Positions 10,334-20,000 of a DNA stretch of 20,000 nt are shown one piece after another. Positions within the stretch are counted from its first letter, which is position 1. Every line of letters begins with the position of its first letter. The stretch is from Rhizaria sp. SCN 62-66. Lineage: Eukaryota. Location of the stretch: NCBI GenBank assembly GCA_001724265.1, contig MEDY01000020.1, forward strand, positions 117,450-137,449, given 5' to 3'. A model generated the notes under the pieces. That model ran no database searches, was not told the origin of the DNA, and saw only the letters and a program-made list of their open reading frames with translations. A program made the position numbers and the translations under genes.

Positions 10334-13300
10334 TCATAACACTTCAGCTCCCGTGCCCGGCGCGGCAGTTGCTCCCGTCGCCGCCCTCGCTGCCTCGAGG
10401 GCCTCGAGCTGCGTCCGCGCGCGCGCAATATCGCGCACCGCGTGTGCGCTGAAGGGCACCATGTCCCTCGCCGCGTCCTGTGCAGCCCACTGCGGCCGCC
10501 ACTGCCACGCGTGAGACCACCGCGGCGGCGCGTCACTGCTGTTACCATCCACACCGTCGCTCGGTAGCTGCATTTGCGACTGCGGCTCCGGTTGCGGCTG
10601 TGTATCCGTGACAAGAACGGCGTACGCGTGCGTTTTGCGAGCGCGCATGTCGCGCACTCGCGCCGCCCACCGCGCATCAGCGGCATCGTCTGCTGCAATA
10701 GCAGCAGCAATGCCTGTGGCACCTGTAGAAGTGGAAGCGTCGGTGTACAACGCAGAGTCAGCGACTGCGGCAAGTGGGTCCGCGGTGTCCGCAACGTCTT
10801 CAAGCGCCCACAGCGCCGACAGCAGCGGCGAGGGCAAGTCCAGCAGCAGCAGCCACAGGTGCGACGGCAACAGCACCCGGCGTGCCTGCGACTTCGGGCA
10901 CAACCGCGGCAGTAGCCAGGCCAGCGCGGCGGAGGGCGGGCCCGAGTGCGCCGCAGTCGGCGGCGCCAGCAGCATCGCAGACACTGACACCGCAGCCGTG
11001 TCCTCGGAGGCGTTTGCGAGAGTCATCGTCGGTGACGCTGCCGATGCCGTAGCCGGTGCATTGTTGGTGATGATGGGCTGCTCGTCTGGGAGTGGCGTTA
11101 ACAGCCAACGCAGATACACGCCTGCGCCGGTTGCACTCGCGCTCGTCCTTGTGGCGCTAAGGCCAAAGTCGGACGACTCAAGACCAGTCACTGCACGCAG
11201 CACGGCCGCGAATGACGCCTGCCGCACAAGCGCACCCAGCGTCAGTCCCATGTCTCCTGGAGAGCTTTCCTGCGCAGCGGCTGCCGCAGCGTGGCGCAGC
11301 GCGTCGCGCGCGGCAAGCCGCAGCGCAGCGAGCGCGTGCGGCAGCAGCGCGCGGGGGAACGGCGCGGCGAGCAGCGCCAGCACGGCGGGCGCCAGCAGCG
11401 GCGGCGGCAGCGCGAAGTTGAGGTGTGGTAGCAGCGTCGTCGCCGGCTGCGCGACGGGACACAACGCCGCCGCGTCCACGCCACCGTCGCGCACACTGTC
11501 CGCAAAGGGCGGCGCGGTGAGTGTCGCGTGCAGCAACCCCGACCCACGGCCCTGCGCCGCCGCCAGCGCCACGTCGCGCAGCGCTGCCGTGGTAGCCAGC
11601 CGCGCGTCGCAGGCGCCGTCGCACGCAGCGCCGCTGACGCGCTTGGTGCAGTCAGCAAGGCCGCAACGGTCGCCCTGGAGGCGGGAACCGCGCCGCAGCC
11701 GCAACGCCACTGGGGACAGCGCTGAGTCGTCATTATTCGTGATGTTCTTCGTGGCAGGACTCACTTTGCCATTGTTCGCCTTGTAGTTGTTGGCGGTGTT
11801 GAGAATTGCCTCGACGGCGTCAAAGTCAAGCTCAACCTCGCCCGCGCCCGCGTTCGAGCTCTCGCGGCAGTGTTCGCGCACTGCCTCGCGAGCACCAGAA
11901 GTCGCAGTCGAACTCGCACAAGAGCTTGATGCGGCTGTCGGTTGTGCCTGCGGTGCAGACGCGGCAAGCGCAGCGGCAGCTTCCCAGGGCAACGGTGGGT
12001 TGAGTGTGTGCACGCAGTTACTCGTAATGAGACCCGCGAACGCCCCTGTACCCACGGTCACACGAGCCGCTATATCTGCTGACTCACAGTCGCTGCGAGC
12101 GTTAATGCCACGAAGGCGCGTGTTCGCTGCGATCGCAGTGCCTGGTGCGTTGACAGAGAGGTGGACGCTGTCAGTGACTGTGACGAGCGCGCCGCCTGAA
12201 GCGCCGCCGGAGACTGCACAGTCCGTCTGCACCATGCTCATCATCGTCGTCGACGCTGTGGGTGCTCTCTGCAACTGCGAGTGGGGGGCGCGGACCGAGG
12301 GCGTTACGATTGTCACTGCGGCAGTGCGCGGCAGCGCAACAGAAGCGACTGTGATTACGGCGGGCAGTGTAACACTGAAGGTAAGTCCTTCGCCGCATGC
12401 GCTCCTTGCCATGCCGGTCACAGCGTCGACACCGATTGCAGCATTGACGTCCGTATCACCAGTCGCGCACGCAGTGGGGGCGTTCTTCGCCGCAGTCTAG
12501 GCCCGCACGAGCGCGGAGTGGAAGGGACACGTGGCAGCGAGCGCTGCGGCGGCAAGCGGCGCCCAGCGCGGCGCCGGTAGCCGAGTGACGCGCGCGACCG
12601 TGCCCGCCGTGGTCGTCGCCGCGGGCCACGCCGCGCCGCGCCACAGCGCAGACGGCGACGCCAGCGACGCCAGCGGTGGCGGTGCGGCGCCCTTCGACGA
12701 CGCAGCTCTGCCAGCGCTCCCGGCGGCGGCGGCAGTCGCGGCGGCGGCAAGCGCGTGCGCACCGATTTTGCCGCTGGCGCTGTGCGGGTGCAGGCTGTGC
12801 GAGTGCGGCTGCAAATGCGCGTCGCGCGCAAGGAAGGGCGGCGGCGGCGGCGTCAGCACGGGGTGGCCCACGGTCACCACGCGCTGCCCGCGTGCAAGCA
12901 CCGGCACGCGCACAGACGCCGCAGCGGCGGAGGACGAACAAGCATTCGACGGCGCAGCCTGCGAGAGCGGGTGCTCGAATTGCTGTGCGGACTGTGTGTG
13001 TGAGTGCTCATGATCGTGCGTTTGTGGGTCGTCGCTGGTGCTGTAGCCGCATACGCAAACAGGCACAGAGGCAACTGCGGCGCACACTACGTCAGACAAC
13101 CACGTCTCCCATGCCTGCTCACGGTCACCCAACAGAAACGGCTCACATTCACCAGTCGATTGGCCGCGGCTGATGTCAGAGAGCAAGTCAAGCACGGACT
13201 GCGGAAGCACAACAGATACTGCGTATGGCACCGATGCAATCGGAAGCAAAACCGGCACGGGCACAGCAAGAGGCATTGATCGTGGCATTGATTGGGGCGC

Positions 13301-16300
13301 TGAAGGCGTGACTGCAACAGCGCGCTGGAGTGGCAGCGGCAACGGCGGCGGCGTCGGCAGGCGGATCGCGATGAGCGCAACGTCGCAAGCGCCCGCAGCG
13401 ACCCACAGCAGCGACGCGGGCAGCCACAGCGGCGCGCCGCCCGGTGCGGCCAGCGCAGGCCCGGCCCACTGCAGCGCGGCGGGGCACGCGTGCCAGAGCG
13501 CGGGGTCCACGCGCACGCGCAGCGCCGCAGCGGGGGGCAGCTGCGCGCGGCCGCGCAGCGCGCGCGGGGACACGGCCCGCAGCAGCCGCCGCTGCGTCGC
13601 CACGGCGGCGTCCACGGTCGCCGTCTCGGGCGCTCTCTCGTCGTCCGCAGACTCCGCGTTCACGCCAGCTTCATTCGCAGCGCGCGCGTCGTCTTCAGCG
13701 GCGGCAACGGCGGCGGCGGCGGCCTCAGCGGGCGCGGGCAGCGGAAGCAGCAGCGGCCGCACCAGATGCGCACTCGTCAGCGCATACGCAATGCCACCGT
13801 GCGCGAACTGCATCATCGGCGACTGCGACTGTGAAGACTGCGGTGCGCGACTGTTGGTGGTGACCGTAAGCGTACGATTGGCGACCGCGAGCGGGCGCGG
13901 CGGCGTGCAGTGGACCACGACCGCAGAGCCCCACGAAGAAGCGCCCGCGCGCACGAGCACGACGCTGCGCCCCGCGGGCAGCCCCGTGGGCAGCGGCGAC
14001 TGCAGCCACCGCGCCAGCGACTGCAACTGCAGCAGCAGTGACTGTGATCGAGGCTGTGCGAGGGGACGGGGCACGGACGCTTGCTGTGGGCGCAGAAGCG
14101 GTGGGTAATGCGAGTGGTGCTGCTGGTGTTGATGTTGGTGTTGATGCTGTAGTTGCTGAACGTGCGTGAGCGCGTGTGTCTCGCATGTGCCTGCTTGCAT
14201 CGCATCTGGTGCATATGGCACTGAGAAGCGCGAGTTGCTTAACGAATCTTGCGGCCCGCGCACCTACAAGCGCGCCTACTGCGGCGCTGCTAGCAACTGC
14301 GACGGGACAATCGGCGGCAGCGCGCTCCAACGCGCGACGAGAAAGGCGAGCGCGGGCGCCGAGGCCGCGGTGGGGATCTGTGCCGTGAAGGACACGCACT
14401 GCCACGACAGCTGCGCCAGCACAGGCGCCATCGCGCTGACTGCGCCGTCGCCAGTGCTGCCGCCGCCGCTGCCCGAGGCGGTGATGGCGGCTTGGACAGC
14501 GGCGACGAGCGGCGGCCGTGGCACGGCAACTTGCAGCAGCGGCAGCGACATCACGCCGCAGAAAGTCAGGCCGCCACGATAATCTCCGTCGATGGCATCA
14601 CTGTTGTTGCTGGTGGCATTGTGATTGGACGCAGAAGACGTGAGAAGCGCGCCGCCCTCGGCTCCGGGCAGACAGCGCATGTCCACTAGATACATCGACG
14701 CGGACGCAGCGTCGCCGCTGCCGGCTGTTGCAGTCGATGTGGGATCACCTCCAGCGCCTGCCACGGCCACGGTCACGGTGGTCATGGAAGAACCTGGCGA
14801 CGGCGACTGCGAGTATGGTGACTGCAACTGCAGACTTGGCTATGACTGTGACGGTAAGCTTTCAGCAGCCGAGTGTGGCGTGAAGCGTGCGGCGAGGGTG
14901 CCCCAGCCGGCGGACAGCTCTACCAACGCCGCCGCAGCGCGCGCGCTCAGCGCCGCCGCCGACAGCTGCGGCGATTGTGCCTGAGGCGGCGACTGCAACG
15001 GCGGTTGCTGCTGTTGCTATTGCTGAGAGGCTTGCAGCGACTGTGACGCTGCAAACGTGGGCGTGTAGGTGCGGCTCTGTCCGTGTGCGTGGCGCAACCC
15101 AGGAGCGTCACTCTGGTTCGCACTGTGCGATTGACTGTGGGCAGCGCCCTGGCTGCGACTGCTACTGCTTCGGCGAACGCTCGTCTTTGTCGACGAACCC
15201 TTAGGTGCCACAGGCTGCGAATGTTTTTGAGGTCGCTGTGGCTGGACATACTGCGCTGGTTGCTGCTGCTGCTGAGCCGGCGCTGCGATCGCGTGTTTCG
15301 CGTCCAAGTACCCCCTTAGTGCGACCGGCAGCGCGGGCGCAACGAGGTTGCCCACGGCGCCCGCGGCGGCCGAGCCCAGGAACGCTAACGGCGACAGCGC
15401 GCCGTAGGGCGTCGCCAACGACACCACGCGCGCGCCCCGCGACAACCGCTGCACGCGCACGTGCACGTCTGGCGCTGGCGCAGACACAGGGCGCTGCAGC
15501 ACTGCGCTGGCCGCACCAAGCGGCGCAAGAGTAAGATATGGGCAGTAGAGCAGCGCCCAGCGCGCGGCGTCCTCCACCGGCGCAGGACCCAGCGACGTGA
15601 ACTCAGCACCGCCGTCCGCTGCGGTGCTCTGTACCGGAGAGGAGTGCGCGACGGGTCGCTGGAGGTTGACAACGGCGTCGATGATGCGCTGCGAGGGCCA
15701 GCCCACGGTCCAACCGCCCGGCCAGCCGCCGCCGGGCGCGGGCGACACGCGCACCGTACCAGCAGCGGCCGTCAGTGGTGCAGCAACTCCGACAGCACCG
15801 GTGTCAGAGCTGAGGCAAGGGTGAGCGTCAGCGTGAGTGTCCCGCTGAGGCGGGCTGAGTGCGGATGCACTCGCACCGAGGCTGACGCCGAGGCTCTGAC
15901 CTAAGCTATGGCCGAGGTTGTAGCTCTGGCTCTGGTTCTGGCTCGAGTTTGCGCTCTGGCTTTGCTCAAGCATGCGCTGCAAGTAAGCCTCGTGTTGCTT
16001 GTCAGTGCTAATACTGGGATTATTGCTAGGAGTGCCGCTAATGCTTTGTCCTTGCTGCAGCGGCAGCTGCTGCTGCTGCAACTGTTGATGTTGATACTGC
16101 TGCTGCTGTTGCAGGGCCTCAACCTCCTCGGCCAATCCGTCCCCGCCCGACGTGGAATGCAGGCCGCCTGCGCTGGAAGTCAGGCCGCCAGACGCGATGC
16201 CGCTGGTGAGCCTGTTTAGCGCCGCTGCGGCCGCCGCAGATGTGCCCACACAGAGCAGCGAGCACGGCAGCCAGCGCGCGCGCGCACTCGCAGCGCCTGC

Positions 16301-17155
16301 GCTCGACGTGCTCTGGCAAGGGGGATCGCTAGAGTGAGAGGGTAAGTCAGCCGTGTCTAACAGCGCTGGCTCTGAGAGTGTCGGCGGGGCAAACGCAAAC
16401 GTGCCTTCAGCATAACTCAAGGCGTGACTGTGGGCAGAGTGACTGTGAGGGATGTCAACGAGGATGTCTACGGTCGTGCCGGGAGCTAGCGGCGGCCGCA
16501 GACAACGCGATGCGGCCGCAAAGGCGCGTCCATGCGGGTCCCGCGCTAGCCGCGACAGCGGCGACGTCACAACTGTTGCGGAGCCACTGTTGCTGCTGCT
16601 TGCAGCGTGAGCGCTGTTTTTGCGTGTTGCAGTGGTGGCGAGGTATGGTGCAATGAGGGCGCCAGGGCAGAGAATAACAACGCCGTGGCCCGCGGGTGAG
16701 AGTGTGAAGCCGGCGTTTGCGACGATGCTGCGCAACGGCGACAGCGGAGGAGCTCCAACAGATGCTTCAGTAGCCGTTGATGTTGATGCAGACGCAGTAA
16801 CAGCCGCAGTGACAGCAGAGCTGTGAGTCTGAGGCGTTGGGGGTCCGTATACGCGCCCTGTAAAACCCGTTGTTGGCGCAGTGGCAGTGCCAGCAGTGGA
16901 ATCGTGGGGCGTTGCAGTTGTGGCCGCGCCGAGAGGGCAGAGGGGGAAGATAGTGCCTGATGCGGCGGTGATCACGCGCGCCGGGCTGGCGGGGTCGTGC
17001 ACGAAGGACGCAGCGCGTGCGGCCACGGCGCCGGTAGGGTCAAGCCCGGACACACGCACGAGCGCCACGCGCGTCGCTGCTGCGTCCAGATGAGGCAGCG
17101 CGCACGCCGCAGCGCGGGCTGCCGGGAGGGGCGCCGAGCTCGGGAATGTTGACAT
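10334..17155 (-). CDS. TYSND1: DEG15/TYSND1-type peroxisomal leader-peptide-processing trypsin-like serine protease; 2273 aa in one frame with five in-frame TAG codons
   Basis: ORFs 15017..17155, 14276..14827, 12497..14263 and 10334..12421 are all in one frame. Family motifs appear in order: VALVRVSGLDP, TAASGTIFP, RGARVVSLATPYGALSPLAFLGSAAAGAVGNL, YLVDMRCLPGAEGG, SVVLV...WGSAVVV, LTSAHLV (His 13766-13768), DVALIAI (Asp 13382-13384), VVTVGHP, GTVARV, MVQTDCAVSGGASGGALV (Ser 12197-12199), GLITSN, LPHLNFALP, LSALWAL. Internal TAGs at 15017, 14840, 14276, 14264 and 12497. Terminal TGA at 10334-10336. Confidence 0.88.
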
Positions 17156-17854
17156 GCACCAAAACCCGCGGCTAGATGGGAATAAGTCAATAAATAGGAG
17201 GTAGATATTAAATATATAATCCTTGGTTTTTCATGTATATGAGAAACATGCATGATTCATCATATTGTAGCGATAGGCAGATAATTGAATGCATTTGTCA
17301 ACGTGATTCGGTGTGTGGTGCCACACGCGGTCAGCATGTCGTCTGATGACGAATTTGCACTGTAAAACGACTGAGCTCTCGGCCGCACCAACGTCAAGCG
17401 CTTTACAACTTGGACATCGTGTTGAAATGCGCAAGGCATTAGTGTCTTTAAAACTGGGCTGTTAGACGTCGATTGGTTGTGGCTGGTAGACTGCTGAAAG
17501 AATTGGGTCATGGGTCAAAGGCGGAAGCCTCGTGCCCTCGTCTCACTACGTCATCATCTCCACCGACACTCAATGCTTAGCTGTGCCGTTTCGGTCAATT
17601 TGCCCGTGCTTCTTTGGTCTTAAATGTGATGTTTCTTATTCTTTCATTTCTCACGCACGTACCGTACCCCTGTTCAATCCTTCGTTTCTGCGCCCACCAC
17701 CACCTTCCACCCACCTCACTTCATTCTCCGCGTCGCTCACCACCGCCACAGCACGCGCCCCGCCACCTTTTTGCGTGCGCATCCACATTGTCTCTGCCCT
17801 GAATCTGGCCTGTTTGCTTACTTTCGTGCCACAGAAGCCCTCGTGTGGCCCCCC
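17156..17854. promoter_or_regulatory. Divergent intergenic region between the DEG15-like gene and the 7TM gene
   Basis: Head-to-head arrangement with an AT-rich block at ~17180-17290. It may include a 5' intron of the 7TM gene (acceptor-like CCACAG at 17829-17834). Confidence 0.35.
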
Positions 17855-20000
17855 ATGCGGCTCCCCAGCCCGCCGCAGCCTCGGACGCTGCAGCCGCCGC
17901 TGGCAATGCCGCTGCCACAATCACTGACGACGCCGCAGTCACCGCTGGCGACGCAGAAGCCCCGGGGGCCGGCGCACGCCTCGTTCCTGACGCGCGCACC
18001 GTCGCTGCTGAGCTGTGCCGTGCTGCTGAGCGCGCTGCTGTCGGCGCTGCTCTCGCCCGCGGCCGCGATGATCGTCAAGGATGAATCGGTCTCGGTGCCC
18101 TCCGACTTCCGCTTCAGTTCGCTCTTCTCCTTCACGTTCGCCCAGGGCGGCAGCCTTGACCTGACGCTTAAGGCCAAGATGCCGCTGCCTGTGACGTTCA
18201 TGCTTTGCTCTGACGCGGCGCTGTCGCCGCTGCAGGCGTCTGACATCTCCTTCTCCGAGCTCTGCAGCAACCCGCGGCTGTACTTGCCCGCGTGCACGCA
18301 CTACGGGTCCAACGATACGGACCCCAGCTCGGTCACCTACACCAGCGCGCACGCGCTCATTGGCAGCGCCGGCGCGGGCGTGCCCATGTCCACCCAGAGC
18401 ACCCAGAGCAACACACACACCGCCCACGGCCACGCCCGCGCTGCCGGTGCTGCTCCGTACAGCGGCAGCGGCAGTGGCAGTGAGCGCGTGTCCGGGTCCG
18501 TGGCCGCGCAGTCGCGCGCGCACCACTACGACGACGAGAGCGGCGGCTGGGGCGGCGGCGGGCTTCCCTCGGCCTCCATCACCGCGACGCTCCTCAGCTA
18601 CCTGCCCTTCACCTCGTCGCACGCGCCCGTCGCTACCGCCAACGCGGTGCGCAGTGACGTAACGCGTCGGCACGGCGCCCGCGCGCGCCCAGCCAGCACC
18701 GACGCCGACGCCGCCGCCGGCTCTGACGCGGGCGCCAGCTCCGGTGACGGGACTGGGACTGGGACAGGGGATTACTACTACGAGGACACGCCGGTGTACA
18801 GCGACCTGGCGCTGGAGCGCACGCTGGTGGTGGACGTGCCGTCGATCCCTGCGCGCGACCGCTACCGGCTGCTGCAGCTCAACTGCCGCGAGACAGCGTG
18901 GTCGGGCTCGCTGAGCTACACCGCCATGAACCCCGGCGGCGAGCACCTGTCGCTCACGCTCGTGCCGTACAAGACGCTCTACCTCTGGCTCGTCGTCGCG
19001 TACGTTTATAGTTACACATTCATGTTAAAACTGCAATGCTTAATCATATCATCGTACAGCAATGCGTTCATCTTAACTTCATGCTGACTCACGTCTTGTT
19101 CATACCTCTCTTCTTCTCCTGCGTGCACTCTATTTCAGCTGGATCATCGGTCTGGTGACGTGGGTGCTGCACTGGGCGCGCTACTGGCGCTGGTACGTGC
19201 TGCCGCAGCTGGCGCTGTCGCTGCCGCCGCTGCTGCAGATGCTGCAGTCGTTCGCGCTGCTGCTCTACTGGCGCACGTGCTCCGTCACGGGCATCATGCC
19301 CGTGGGGCTCTACGCGCTGTCGTTTGTGCTCACGCTCTCGGCGCGCGCCGCGCTCTTCTACCTGCTCTTTGTGCTGGCCGCTGGATGGGGTATGGTGTCG
19401 CGCCGCGTGGCTCGCCCGCTGCTGCTGCGCATCGGCGCCATAGTCGCCGTCAACGCGATGGGGCTCGCCATGTACCACCTCAACCTGGGCCTCGCCGTGC
19501 TCATCCTGCTCATCAACTACGCCGTGCTGTGGCAGGCGTTCGGGCTGGTGTGCCTCGTCACGCGCCGCACGCTCGACGCGCAGGCGCAGTTGCTGCTCTC
19601 GGTCGACGTCGCGCCCTCCAAGACGCCTCTGGCGGCCAAGACGCACGCCGTGCACACGCTGCACGCGGGCGTCGCTGTCTTCATCCTCGCCGACCTGACG
19701 GTGCACATGTGGTCCTCGGTCGCCGCCGCCACGGCACCCTGGGCCGAGGACGCGCTCGAGCACGCCTCGGTCGCCGCGCTCTGGGCGCTCGTCGCCTGGG
19801 GCGCGTACCGCATGCGGCCCTTCAACCCGCATCTCAACGCGCTCGCGCGCGCGCAGTCGTCGCCGCTGGCCGCCGCCGACCTGGCCGCGGTCACAGCCGC
19901 GCTGCGCCCGCGCATCTCGCCGCCCGCGCCGGCTCACTTTGCGGTCGCCGCCGCCGATGCCGCGCGCGAGGCTGCTGAGGCGCAGGCCGCCGCTGACGCT
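17855..20000 (+). CDS. GPR107/GPR108/TMEM87-like (lung seven-transmembrane, GOST family) membrane protein; exons ~17855-18999 and 19139 to beyond 20000; 3'-truncated
   Basis: Signal-peptide-like LLSCAVLLSALLSALLSPAAA, luminal FSFTFAQGGSLDL, and juxtamembrane YTAMNPGGEHLS...PYKTLY. After splicing there are multiple hydrophobic helices, including LFVLAAGWGMV and the terminal YRMRPFNP. The exon 2 frame is missing from the ORF track because it runs off the window. The start codon is uncertain. Confidence 0.75.
19000..19138 (+). other. Intron in the 7TM gene (139 nt, phase 2)
   Basis: GTACGT donor, GCTGAC branch-like motif near 19083, pyrimidine tract and TTTCAG acceptor. Removal gives LWLVVA-WIIGLV, completing the first TM helix. 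Confidence 0.9.

Noticed and set aside
10574-14582. Several 100-400 aa plus-strand ORFs opposite the protease, and other overlapping short ORFs in the window
   Set aside because: They are expected by-products of high GC and stop-codon scarcity, with no recognisable motifs.
4574-15019. Pyrrolysine decoding or A-to-I editing (UAG to UGG, Trp)
   Set aside because: The context is eukaryotic with no pyl genes, and the sites lie in non-catalytic Q-rich inserts where Trp or Pyl is implausible. Not formally excluded without RNA data.
12490-15030. Introns hiding the in-frame TAGs
   Set aside because: There are no AT-rich segments or suitably placed GTACG donors around the TAGs, and the frame is preserved on both sides of each.
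17085-17125. PTS2-like RAAACALPHL near the protease N-terminus
   Set aside because: The spacing and second residue do not fit R[LVIQ]x5HL.
10334-17155. Four separate genes, or a pseudogene, as the ORF track suggests
   Set aside because: All pieces are in one frame with collinear motifs of a single family and no AT-rich spacers. Decay would be expected to produce TAA/TGA and frameshifts as well, but only TAG occurs.
19160-19978. 272 aa plus-strand ORF as the 7TM exon 2
   Set aside because: Wrong frame. The spliced frame starting TGG at 19140 gives the hydrophobic helices and runs off the window.

Overview
GC-rich, gene-dense eukaryotic (protist-like) nuclear DNA with six protein genes, short AT-rich spacers and five 139-216 nt GT-AG introns whose donors all begin GTACG. 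In order: the 3' part of a ubiquitin-specific protease (+), an AAA_33/polynucleotide-kinase-like P-loop protein (-), TRAPPC5/Trs31 (+), phosphoserine aminotransferase (+), a very large DEG15/TYSND1-type peroxisomal processing serine protease (-), and the 5' part of a GPR107/TMEM87-like 7TM protein (+). Main finding: the two minus-strand genes are broken in the ORF track only by six in-frame TAG codons, with no frameshift and no internal TAA or TGA. Several of these TAGs sit inside poly-Gln tracts, and one lies between the catalytic Asp and Ser of the protease. All five real gene ends are TAA or TGA. This points to a non-standard nuclear genetic code in which UAG is a sense codon (most likely Gln) while UAA and UGA remain stops. 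The organism cannot be identified from this window alone.
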